From assembly GCA_042569985.1 (NCBI GenBank), contig JBHPHB010000001.1:1600-65599 (forward strand): 64,000 nucleotides of DNA. The letters are read 5' to 3'. The notes under the pieces were generated by a model. It did not search any database. It saw only the letters and a program-made list of their open reading frames with translations, and was not told the origin of the DNA. The translations under genes and the position numbers were made by a program. This document shows, piece after piece, positions 29,174-37,851 of this stretch; the stretch's first letter is position 1, and every line of letters begins with the position of its first letter. The stretch is from Spirochaetota bacterium (GTDB lineage Bacteria; Spirochaetota; UBA4802; UBA5550).

Positions 29174-29539
29174 CTAGTTTGGAAAGATTACATCGTCAAC
29201 ATAATCGACCGACTTTTTCAAACATTCTGCGCAGAATGGCACCTTCATCTTTTTTAATTCCTTGCAGCTCACTGAAGGGGCAAAAGAAAGGAAGTACCTG
29301 GTAAAATCATCAATCTTATGGTGATGATCTGTTTTTTCAAGAATATACTTGGCGGCAAAATACATGCCGCATTCTCCTTCAGGCGCCTTTCCAAATCCCT
29401 TCTTTTTAAACTGTTTAATTGTATCATCAGTAATAAAGGGAAGGGTATCCTTAAATGCCATGGCCACGGCCTGGGCACAGTTTAATCTTTTGTTTTTATT
29501 CTCACCAAGAAAGTGTTCCTTTGCCACAACTCCAGTCAT
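29174..29539 (-). CDS. Hypothetical cysteine-containing protein
   Basis: NCAQAV...EGECGMYFAAKY...FCAECL. Resembles but does not match the C_GCAxxG_C_C family. Confidence 0.4.
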   Translation of the reverse strand: MTGVVAKEHFLGENKNKRLNCAQAVAMAFKDTLPFITDDTIKQFKKKGFGKAPEGECGMYFAAKYILEKTDHHHKIDDFTRYFLSFAPSVSCKELKKMKVPFCAECLKKSVDYVDDVIFPN

Positions 29540-29543
29540 TATA

Positions 29544-29765
29544 CTACCTCTTTATAGTTATAATTTTTAATATTAATAGTATCCATGGTATTCCATGGAA
29601 GAAAAGGTCGAACCAGTCTATGGGACGGCTCAGGGTACCTTTAAGCAGCATGTTTATCTTTTCCCATATATGGGGCGGATTAAAGGGGGCCAGTCCCAGT
29701 GTAAGGCACAGGATGATAACCAGTGACCAGTCCATTTTTCGTATAAATTCAATTATTGTATCCAT
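29544..29765 (-). CDS. Small membrane protein, hypothetical
   Basis: 73 aa with two TM-like segments. 4-nt gap to downstream gene. First gene of the operon leading to mfd. Confidence 0.4.
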   Translation of the reverse strand: MDTIIEFIRKMDWSLVIILCLTLGLAPFNPPHIWEKINMLLKGTLSRPIDWFDLFFHGIPWILLILKIITIKR

Positions 29766-29874
29766 ATCTATTTCCTCTTTTTAGACAAGATAATAAATAC
29801 GGGCGATTTGTCAATAAATAATTAAAGTATTTTATAAAAAACTTAAATAACGAGGTGTTTTCGAAAAGATGAAG

Positions 29875-29992
29875 TTACTCTGAGCAATATAAATGCTGCT
29901 CAAAATTTTGCTCAGAGTAATTATTTTTTAAGATTTATGGCCATATTATTGACAGCAGAAATATAATAATTATTTTAGATTGCTCAGAGTAA
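29875..29992. promoter_or_regulatory. Candidate operator region: 13-mer TTGCTCAGAGTAA present three times in a divergent promoter region
   Basis: ttactctgagcaa (29875-29887, inverted), ttgctcagagtaa (29908-29920), ttgctcagagtaa (29980-29992). ttgaca at 29949-29954. Third copy 30 nt upstream of the aminotransferase start. Confidence 0.4.
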
Positions 29993-30021
29993 TAAAATAG
30001 TATCATTTACAGGTATATTTC

Positions 30022-30933
30022 ATGAAAGCATGGTTAAACGGTAAGTTTATCAAATGGGACAGGGTAAAGGTCAGCCTCCTTACGCACAGTTTTGGAAGGG
30101 GCTCAGCCCTCTTCGAGGTCCTTGATATAGTGTCCAACGAAAACGGTACAGCCCTTTTCGGTATTGATGAACATATAGACAGGCTCTTTAATTCTGCACG
30201 GCTCATGTATATGAAACTCCCCATGACAAAGGAAGAAATAATCCGTGCCTGCATAGACACTGTGAAAAAGAATAAAACCAGGGTGGGCATGTTAAAGCTA
30301 TATGCATATTATTCCGGTATTGAACTCACATCAATTCCCAACGATACCACCATTGATATTGCTATATTCACAATAGACTTTAATAAGATGCATCTGGACC
30401 TGGAGGAATTATCAAAACCCGTGGACGTGCTCATATCCTCCTATAGAAAATACCATCCCCAGAGCGTGCCTGTACAGGCCAAGGTATCGGGCAACTATGT
30501 TAATCCATACCTGTCACTTATGGAGGGAAAGGAAAAGGGGTTAGACAATGTTATAACACTGGACCTTTCGGGAAATATTGCAGAAGGCGCAACCTCCAGC
30601 GCTTTTTTTGTAAAGGATGGAAAGATTAAGGTCCCCGCCCTTGATAATGTACTGAGCGGTATTACAAGGATGGCCGTTATTGAGGCTGCAAAGGATATTG
30701 GAATTGAAGTTGAAATTACTGATATTCCCCATGAAGAGGTGGGTGAATTTGAAGAGGCCTTTTATTCCGGCAGCGTTCAGCATGTTCAGCCCATCAGGTC
30801 AATAGATGGTAAAACACTTTCAGACTGCTGCCCCGGCCCTGTTACCGAAAATGTCATGGGGGCAATGAAGGATGTTTATGAAGGTAAAAACAGCATGTTA
30901 AACAGATGGCTCACCTATATTAAGGGTGTTTAA
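30022..30933 (+). CDS. Fold-type IV PLP aminotransferase (branched-chain / D-amino-acid aminotransferase family)
   Basis: ~300 aa with class IV aminotransferase architecture (GIDEHIDRLFNSARLM...; EGATSSAFFVKDGKIKVPALDNVLSGITR). BCAT, DAAT or ADC lyase cannot be distinguished. Confidence 0.7.
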   Translation: MKAWLNGKFIKWDRVKVSLLTHSFGRGSALFEVLDIVSNENGTALFGIDEHIDRLFNSARLMYMKLPMTKEEIIRACIDTVKKNKTRVGMLKLYAYYSGIELTSIPNDTTIDIAIFTIDFNKMHLDLEELSKPVDVLISSYRKYHPQSVPVQAKVSGNYVNPYLSLMEGKEKGLDNVITLDLSGNIAEGATSSAFFVKDGKIKVPALDNVLSGITRMAVIEAAKDIGIEVEITDIPHEEVGEFEEAFYSGSVQHVQPIRSIDGKTLSDCCPGPVTENVMGAMKDVYEGKNSMLNRWLTYIKGV

Positions 30934-31445
30934 GAAAAGGCCTTTTCAATTTCAGGCACAAGCTTAACAGCCTCAGACGCTATTTCTTCAATGCTTTTTT
31001 TAACGCGTTTTCCCTTTACCCTTCTCATTGTCGTTATCTGTAAGCAAAGCCCGGGCCTCCCACCGGAATTTTTTATATTACCCAGTGCCCTATCGCTCCA
31101 GCGATCACTATCGTGTCCCAACACGGTAGTTAAAAATATTACATTTTTGCTATCAAATTGGTTGAGTGACAGAAAAGCACGGATAGCCATGCTTAAAGCA
31201 TTACCCCATATGGGTGAGGCTATGATAATATTGCCGTATGCTGACATGTCGGGGCGCTCGGGCTCTATGGATGTTTTAATGTTGAATAAACCTGCCAGGA
31301 CTGCACAGAAGAACCCCCATTTGCCTGCCCTGTTTTTGAGGTCCTTTATTTCAACTATATCAGCACCCAGCTTTTTCCCAAGTGCCTCACATGCGGCTTT
31401 TGTTTTGCCCGTGCGTGAATAATACAGTATTAGCGTCTTTGACAT
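30930..31445 (-). CDS. Flavodoxin-like protein
   Basis: MSKTLILYYSRTGKTKAACEALGKKLGADI typical flavodoxin FMN-binding N-terminus. 171 aa. Confidence 0.6.
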   Translation of the reverse strand: MSKTLILYYSRTGKTKAACEALGKKLGADIVEIKDLKNRAGKWGFFCAVLAGLFNIKTSIEPERPDMSAYGNIIIASPIWGNALSMAIRAFLSLNQFDSKNVIFLTTVLGHDSDRWSDRALGNIKNSGGRPGLCLQITTMRRVKGKRVKKSIEEIASEAVKLVPEIEKAFS

Positions 31446-31519
31446 TTTTATCTCCCTGCTAAAAGGTAAAATTAAAAGGTTTTCACGAAGCTCCGTGTGA
31501 AATTATTTGTTTTTTTGTT

Positions 31520-32899
31520 CTAATTAAAGTCCTTTCTTTTCTTCATATAGTCCCTGGTCATTTTTGTTACTATACCCGACAGGGCGATAACCCCTATGAG
31601 GTTGGGCAGGGCCATTAGCGCATTTGCGATATCACAGAGCCCCCAGACGGTCTTAAGTTCAAGAATTGCACCGATTGGAATAAGTACGACAAAAATAATT
31701 CTATAGTAAATCACTGCCTTTTGGCCAATTAAAAATTCTGTACTGCGGTCTCCATAGTATGACCATCCGATGAGCGTGGTAAAAGCAAATACGGCAAGGC
31801 CGATTGAAACGACATACCTGCCCGCATAGGGGAGGGTCGAGGTAAATGATGCCGAAGATAAAGTCGCTCCGTCCAGGCCGGTTTCCCACTTGCCCGATAT
31901 TATTATCACCAGTGCTGTCATTGTGCATATTACGATCGTATCTATAAAGGGGCCAAGCATTGCAACAAGGCCTTCCCTTACGGGTTCACTGGTCTTGGCC
32001 GGGGCGTGTGCAATGGCAGCGCTGCCCAGGCCGGACTCATTTGAAAATAGTCCCCGGGCAACGCCAAAGCGCATTACCGCCCAAACTGTGGCTCCTGCAA
32101 ATCCGCCGGAAGCGCTTTTTGGAACATTATTAAAGGCATAATAAAAAATCTTTTTAAATGCCGGTATGATGCCATCATAGTTTAAAAATAATACAATAAG
32201 GGCTGCAATAACATAGAGTATCGCCATGAGGGGGACAAGCCTTGATGTTACATTGGCAATTCTTCGTATTCCCCCGATAATAACAAGGCCCACAAGAAGG
32301 GCCACAAAAATCCCCGTGCCCAGTTTATTGATACTGAACACATCGTGGAGCGGATTAGCCATGGAATTTGCCTGTGCAAGGTTACCAATGCCAAAGGAAG
32401 CGATTACCGTGAAAATGGCAAAGAGGACACCGAGCCATTTTTTTTTCAGCCCCAGTGCCAGGTAATATGCCGGCCCTCCCGATACAACACCTTCGTCATT
32501 AATTTTCCTGAATTTTTGCGCCAGGAGGCAGCTGTGATATTTAATGGACATGCCCAAAAGGGCGGTAACCCACATCCAGAAAACAGCACCTGGACCACCG
32601 GCAGCTATTGCTGTTGCCACTCCTGCTATATTTCCCGTACCGATTGTGGCCGAAAGGGCAGTGCTGAGAGACTGGAAATGTGTTGTTTCTCCTTTTTCGC
32701 CGGGCTGGTCATATTTGCCCGTAATTAATCCCCATCCATGGGCAAAGCCCCTGAACTGAATGCCCCTGCTTCGGAGTGTCAGGAATACTCCCGTTCCCAG
32801 CAGTGGAATAATCAGGGGAAGCCCCCACATGAAGTTGCTTATTGCCTGTATGCCCTGGCTTATTTCGCTTAGAATTGGTTGTATTGATTGGTAGTTCAT
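31520..32899 (-). CDS. Sodium:alanine (alanine/glycine:cation) symporter, AGCS family
   Basis: AGCS signature region GTGNIAGVATAIAAGGPGAVFWMW. ~460 aa polytopic membrane protein. Confidence 0.85.
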   Translation of the reverse strand: MNYQSIQPILSEISQGIQAISNFMWGLPLIIPLLGTGVFLTLRSRGIQFRGFAHGWGLITGKYDQPGEKGETTHFQSLSTALSATIGTGNIAGVATAIAAGGPGAVFWMWVTALLGMSIKYHSCLLAQKFRKINDEGVVSGGPAYYLALGLKKKWLGVLFAIFTVIASFGIGNLAQANSMANPLHDVFSINKLGTGIFVALLVGLVIIGGIRRIANVTSRLVPLMAILYVIAALIVLFLNYDGIIPAFKKIFYYAFNNVPKSASGGFAGATVWAVMRFGVARGLFSNESGLGSAAIAHAPAKTSEPVREGLVAMLGPFIDTIVICTMTALVIIISGKWETGLDGATLSSASFTSTLPYAGRYVVSIGLAVFAFTTLIGWSYYGDRSTEFLIGQKAVIYYRIIFVVLIPIGAILELKTVWGLCDIANALMALPNLIGVIALSGIVTKMTRDYMKKRKDFN

Positions 32900-32982
32900 A
32901 ATATGTCCTTTCTATTTCAAATAATTTTTCAAGAAAATATGTCAAGCTTTTATCATTATTTTTAATACATGAATAAAAAAAC

Positions 32983-33185
32983 AAGCCCCCCATAACCCTG
33001 GCGCCATGGCCGCTCTCGGCCAACCACATGACAGGATGTCATGATTGTTGGTTGCCATTAAGACATCCATGCCTGTTAGATGATGTTGATGGCCCTTCGG
33101 GAAGCTTAGCCAGAGCGCCCTGAGCGAAGCGAAGAAGAGCCCTTGGGGTAGATGTGCCGAAAAGCGTTTATCCGGAGGGGGGCTT
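32983..33185. ncRNA. GC-rich ~200 nt structured element (candidate cis-regulatory RNA or small RNA) upstream of the AGCS symporter
   Basis: Strong local GC enrichment in an AT-rich genome. Termini aagcccccc (32983-32991) and ggggggctt (33177-33185) are complementary. Internal perfect hairpin catgaca-gga-tgtcatg nested in ccaac/gttgg. UUCG-type ccttcggg. A7 run at 32975-32981 (U-run if transcribed on the minus strand toward the symporter). Minus-strand ORFs here are probably spurious. Confidence 0.35.
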
Positions 33186-33319
33186 AAAATATTTTGATAT
33201 ATTGGATGCCAAACCTGCATTATCATATGCATTGATGAAGTTATTGGATAAAATTTGAGTTTTTTCTTAATTATTTTATTGACTATAATTTAAGCTGCAA
33301 ATAGCTTAAGGAGGATTCG

Positions 33320-34765
33320 GTGAAAAAAATGAAACTGCAAAACAAGAGTAAAATGAAAAAAACAGTTATAACATATGGAATGGTATTATTATTTATCCTG
33401 GTTTTCAGCTCCAATGCGTCTGCTGTTTTTGTAAAGGGATTCAGGGTAGTGGGTAAAACGGTTGATATTGACCTTAGCCATATTATTGCTACTGAGAAAC
33501 AGGAGATGTCCAGGGAAAAGATTAAATCCATAGGAAAATCAATTAAAAAGGAATACCACAAACTGGGGTATAAGGCCTGCTATATTAAAAAAATTATAAT
33601 AGGGAAGGACGGATTTATTGAAATCTACCTGCATGAATCTAAAATAATGGGGATTATGGTAAGTGGTGTGGAGGAGAGCAAGTGCAGGGAAATTGAAGCA
33701 TTTCTTTTACCTGTCTCCGGAGAGATATTTAATGTGAATACATTAAACAAGCGAACTGAAATGGCAAAGAGGATATTTAATTTAGGCAGGATCAGGCTAT
33801 CACCAAAAAGAATTGAGGGAGACCATATATTTATTGCAGTTACGGTGAAAAAAAAGGAGGGTGAGTTTTACGGGCAGGTGGCATGGGATATGGCTTACGG
33901 AATTTCTCCGCTCATTGGTTATTATCATCCCTTTGAGAAAACCGCACTTGACATATCAGTATTAGCGGGATTCACAAATGAGGATTTCAGAAGGATAGAG
34001 GGCAGTGTTAAGTTTTTTTTATTTTCTGAAAAGAACCAATCAGCTTTCTATTTTGGAGGCAGGTCGGGAATGATAGTAGACAGGTGGGAAGTTTTTCAGA
34101 TAGATTACGAAACTGTTTTTGGCACTCCCGTAACAGGCTTTTTATACAGGTATTGGCTGTTCAGTTTAGATTTCAATTTCTCCGAAAGAATCATGAAGAT
34201 AAAGGACTATCCGAATTTTGATGACCTAATCTACGATTCAAGGTTAAGTATAGATTTACTGTTAAGTAATAATGATATGGTCATTGATAAAAGAAGGGTA
34301 TGGAATGTTTTATTTAATATGTCCGGGGGGTGGGATAATCTTAATGATTTTCTTTATTTTATAACTTCCATAGAAGCAAAGAAGCCATTATTCCCCTTTC
34401 AGTGGTTACGGGCTATTCCAAAATTTAATCTTTTTTATACCACATCCAATAAAAGATTATTCTGGAGTTACGTATATGATTTTGACCTCATTGGCTTTTT
34501 TGATGATTTAACGGCAACGAGATTCAAAATTGTATTTGGATTGGATCTGGAGTTTGAGATACTTAATGATCAATTATATATTGGGCCTCTCATTAATTCA
34601 GGATATTTTATTGATGAAAGCGATAAATGGACTTTCAAAACAGGCACGGGTATAAGAGGCCTGGTTAAAATATCAAATTTAATGCTCATCATCTCTTATT
34701 CCTGGGACATAACAGGTCACCCGGAGAATGGCGGTGTTTTGTTTATGGTTGAAGGAAAGTTTTAG
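33320..34765 (+). CDS. Omp85/ShlB-like outer membrane protein (POTRA-like region plus beta-barrel), hypothetical
   Basis: GTG start with aaggagg RBS. Signal peptide. C-terminal aromatic-rich beta-strand pattern ending VEGKF. No two-partner secretion cargo nearby. Confidence 0.4.
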   Translation: MKKMKLQNKSKMKKTVITYGMVLLFILVFSSNASAVFVKGFRVVGKTVDIDLSHIIATEKQEMSREKIKSIGKSIKKEYHKLGYKACYIKKIIIGKDGFIEIYLHESKIMGIMVSGVEESKCREIEAFLLPVSGEIFNVNTLNKRTEMAKRIFNLGRIRLSPKRIEGDHIFIAVTVKKKEGEFYGQVAWDMAYGISPLIGYYHPFEKTALDISVLAGFTNEDFRRIEGSVKFFLFSEKNQSAFYFGGRSGMIVDRWEVFQIDYETVFGTPVTGFLYRYWLFSLDFNFSERIMKIKDYPNFDDLIYDSRLSIDLLLSNNDMVIDKRRVWNVLFNMSGGWDNLNDFLYFITSIEAKKPLFPFQWLRAIPKFNLFYTTSNKRLFWSYVYDFDLIGFFDDLTATRFKIVFGLDLEFEILNDQLYIGPLINSGYFIDESDKWTFKTGTGIRGLVKISNLMLIISYSWDITGHPENGGVLFMVEGKF

Positions 34766-35617
34766 CTAATAGCTCGAGATATCCATTATTTTTTCTTTAT
34801 GCTTTACAATGTATCCAATTAGTTTTTCAATTTCTTCTATTGTATTTGTCAAAGAAGTCTTTGCGTCATTTAAGAATTGATGTTCAGTTGTACCATAAGC
34901 TTTTTTTTCATCGGTTTTTTTATTATCAATAAATTGCTTGAGATTTATTAGAAGTTTATAGACATTTTGATAAACATCATCAATTGAGTTAATCATTTCA
35001 TAGTAATAAATAAATTTCATTACCTTTGATTGTTTGTCAAAGAGTTTTTCGATTATATCCCTGGCAGACTGGTCCATTTTTGCCTGGTAATAACTCACTG
35101 ATCGTGGATAGCTGGTTAGTTCCCTGTGATAATTTTCAAACTCATCAAATTTCTGGATAGCATCAATTTCAATGCTCCGGAAAATATCGTCCAGTGTAAC
35201 ACTTTCCGCTTTGTTCTCCTTGGGGAAGGCCTTTGAATTTTTAATGTTCATTATAATTCCTATGAGCCGTTCCTTATGGGTGGAGATGTTTGAAATGGTA
35301 CTTGATATAAAGTGATTTACATCTTTTGTGTATGTTGTATTCTCATCCCCCCTTTCTAAAAACTCATTATTATCTTCAATATCAAGTGCAACATTGTCTT
35401 CGCTTTTTCTCTGGATTATTTTCTGCTGCATAGAGGTAACATCGCTGTTATGTGTTCTCACTAATTTAATGATATCAATTTTTTTTTGAACTTTGTCGTA
35501 TTTTAAGCCATATATGTTTCCGTCATTGTCCAGGTATCTGTTGTTCATATCGTAAACAGATACTTTTGATGTATCAATATCGGAAATTTTATTTATTCTA
35601 ATAATTCTATTTTTCAT
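34766..35617 (-). CDS. Hypothetical protein, co-oriented directly downstream of PilZ gene
   Basis: ORF with no recognisable motif. 35-nt gap to upstream PilZ gene. Confidence 0.45.
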   Translation of the reverse strand: MKNRIIRINKISDIDTSKVSVYDMNNRYLDNDGNIYGLKYDKVQKKIDIIKLVRTHNSDVTSMQQKIIQRKSEDNVALDIEDNNEFLERGDENTTYTKDVNHFISSTISNISTHKERLIGIIMNIKNSKAFPKENKAESVTLDDIFRSIEIDAIQKFDEFENYHRELTSYPRSVSYYQAKMDQSARDIIEKLFDKQSKVMKFIYYYEMINSIDDVYQNVYKLLINLKQFIDNKKTDEKKAYGTTEHQFLNDAKTSLTNTIEEIEKLIGYIVKHKEKIMDISSY

Positions 35618-35652
35618 ATTTTTACTTAGCGTTGATGAGCGCGCAGGTTTCC

Positions 35653-36030
35653 TTATACTTCATCCTTTATAGATTCAGTGATGGTTTTCTCAAATTCAAC
35701 TGCAATATAGGAATCTCCCTTTGATATGAATTTAACAAATTTTTGCGCTATTTTAGAGGGGTTGTTTTCTAAAAGCCCCGTTCTTACAATTGATCCCAGC
35801 ACATTGTATTTATTTTTTTTTGTTGAGAATTTTACCCTTACCGGCATGCCGATGGCAACTCTCTTTTTAGAGATAATAAATACACCCCCACGGCTTATAT
35901 CAAGAATGAACCCCTTGCATTTTTCCGGAGTGTCTTTATCGGGATCAATAATTTCAGGATTTCCTTCATAATAGTCGAACTTTGTTTTAATATCACAGCT
36001 GTATCTGGAGTATTTACGTTTTTCCGTCAT
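35653..36030 (-). CDS. PilZ domain c-di-GMP-binding protein
   Basis: RxxxR motif RKYSR near the N-terminus. DxSxGG motif LDISRGGVFI. Confidence 0.7.
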   Translation of the reverse strand: MTEKRKYSRYSCDIKTKFDYYEGNPEIIDPDKDTPEKCKGFILDISRGGVFIISKKRVAIGMPVRVKFSTKKNKYNVLGSIVRTGLLENNPSKIAQKFVKFISKGDSYIAVEFEKTITESIKDEV

Positions 36031-36216
36031 ATTTATCCTCTTAAAAAAAATTTGTTCTTGAAATAAGATACCAAATTGGAAAAAAATGTCAAGTCTTGTT
36101 TTAGGATTTATATTATTATTGTTGACTAACTTTGTAAATTATTAATAATCTTGTTATTAACTGGATCGGCAAATGTGGGCTTTAATTTCAATTATTTGCA
36201 TGCTTAAGGGAAAACA

Positions 36217-37851
36217 ATGAAAAAAAAAGATACCAGAATAATTATAGTGACCGGTGGTGTTTGTTCCTCCCTGGGGAAGGGCATTTCAATTGCTTCGCTG
36301 GGACTCCTCCTTGAAGGCCACGGATATAAAATATCAATTATTAAAATGGATCCATATATTAATATTGATCCAGGGACCATGAGTCCCTACCAGCATGGTG
36401 AAGTATATGTTACTGAGGACGGGGCTGAGACTGACCTTGACCTTGGGTATTACGAAAGATTTACAAATTCAAACCTTACCAGCAGAAATTCAGTATCTAC
36501 TGGTCAAATATATTATTCTGTTATTCTCAGGGAAAGAAAGGGCGATTATCTCGGCAGGACTGTGCAGGTGATACCCCACATAACTAATGAGATAAAAAAA
36601 AGAATTTATGATGTGGCCAATGATGAGGACCTGGATTTTGTTCTTGTAGAGATTGGCGGAACAGTGGGCGATATTGAATCGGTTCCTTTCCTTGAGGCCG
36701 TGAGGCAGATACGTCATGAGCTTGGCAGGGAAAGGGTTATGAATGTACACCTTACGTTAATACCGGTTATAACAGTTGCCGGTGAACAAAAAACCAAACC
36801 CACACAGCACTCTGTAAAGGAATTAATGGAGATTGGTATAATCCCCGATGTTCTTTTATGTAGAACGAGCCTTCCCCTGGCTGATGAATTAAAGAGTAAG
36901 ATCGCACTTTTTTGTAATGTTTCCGAAAAGAACGTCATTTCCGCGGAGGACATTAGCGGTTCAATATATGAAATTCCATATATGTTTCATAAAAATAATT
37001 ATGATAAAATTGTTCTTGAGCACTTCGGGCTCAAAGTTTCAAAATTAAAGCTTCCTGCCTGGGATAAGTTTCTTAAGGCATATCATAATCCCCTTAGAAA
37101 AGTAACAATTGCTGTTGTGGGGAAATATATCTCTCTTCAGGACTCCTACAGGTCCATTTATGAGGCCCTTTTTCACGGGGCCGTGGCTAACAGGGCGGAA
37201 CTTGAGATTGTTAGAATCGATTCTGAGGATATTGAAGGGATGACCCTGGCTAAGTTAAAAAGAAAATTTTCAAATGTTGACGGTGTCCTGGTGCCGGGGG
37301 GATTTGGAGTGCGGGGTATTGAAGGGAAAATTATGGCAATATCCTGTTTAAGAAAAAGCAAAATACCCTTTTTTGGAATCTGTCTCGGTTTGCATTGTGC
37401 TGTCATTGAGTTTGGCCGGAATGTATGCGGCCTTGAAAATGCAAATTCCACTGAATTTGAACCTGAAAATGAAAATCCTGTAATATCCCTCCTTGAAGAA
37501 CAGGAAATAATTGTAGATAAGGGGGGTACAATGAGGCTCGGTGCATTCTTGTGCAAATTTCAGGAGGGTAGTAAAATAAAAAAGATATATAATGTGGCTT
37601 CCGTAAAGGAGAGGCACAGGCATAGATTTGAGTTTACAATGAGGTATAAAGAATTATATGAGAAGAAGGGTATGAACTTTGGGGGGATTTATCCCACAAG
37701 TAATCTAGTTGAGACAATAGAGATTAAGGACCATCCCTGGTTTATAGCAACCCAGTATCATCCGGAATTCAAATCGAAACCTCATAAACCGCATCCCCTG
37801 TTCAGGGATTTTATTAGGGCATCAATTGAATATAGAGAGAAAAAGAAATAA
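36217..37851 (+). CDS. pyrG: CTP synthase
   Basis: N-terminus IIVTGGVCSSLGKG. C-terminal glutamine amidotransferase GICLGLHCAVIE. 544 aa. Confidence 0.95.
   Translation: MKKKDTRIIIVTGGVCSSLGKGISIASLGLLLEGHGYKISIIKMDPYINIDPGTMSPYQHGEVYVTEDGAETDLDLGYYERFTNSNLTSRNSVSTGQIYYSVILRERKGDYLGRTVQVIPHITNEIKKRIYDVANDEDLDFVLVEIGGTVGDIESVPFLEAVRQIRHELGRERVMNVHLTLIPVITVAGEQKTKPTQHSVKELMEIGIIPDVLLCRTSLPLADELKSKIALFCNVSEKNVISAEDISGSIYEIPYMFHKNNYDKIVLEHFGLKVSKLKLPAWDKFLKAYHNPLRKVTIAVVGKYISLQDSYRSIYEALFHGAVANRAELEIVRIDSEDIEGMTLAKLKRKFSNVDGVLVPGGFGVRGIEGKIMAISCLRKSKIPFFGICLGLHCAVIEFGRNVCGLENANSTEFEPENENPVISLLEEQEIIVDKGGTMRLGAFLCKFQEGSKIKKIYNVASVKERHRHRFEFTMRYKELYEKKGMNFGGIYPTSNLVETIEIKDHPWFIATQYHPEFKSKPHKPHPLFRDFIRASIEYREKKK

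Noticed and set aside
29174-29539. C_GCAxxG_C_C family assignment for the 121-aa Cys protein
   Set aside because: Sequence has NCAQAV rather than the diagnostic C-GCAxxG spacing. Left as hypothetical.
32709-33232. Minus-strand ORFs 32709..33029 and 32942..33232 across the GC-rich block
   Set aside because: One overlaps the AGCS gene start. The other exists only because the GC-rich block lacks stop codons. The region is better explained as structured RNA.
33235-33295. Sigma-70 promoter ttgact/tataat upstream of the Omp85-like gene
   Set aside because: The ttgact and tataat hexamers are adjacent rather than 17 bp apart. Alternative spacings give poor -35 elements, so no promoter feature was called.
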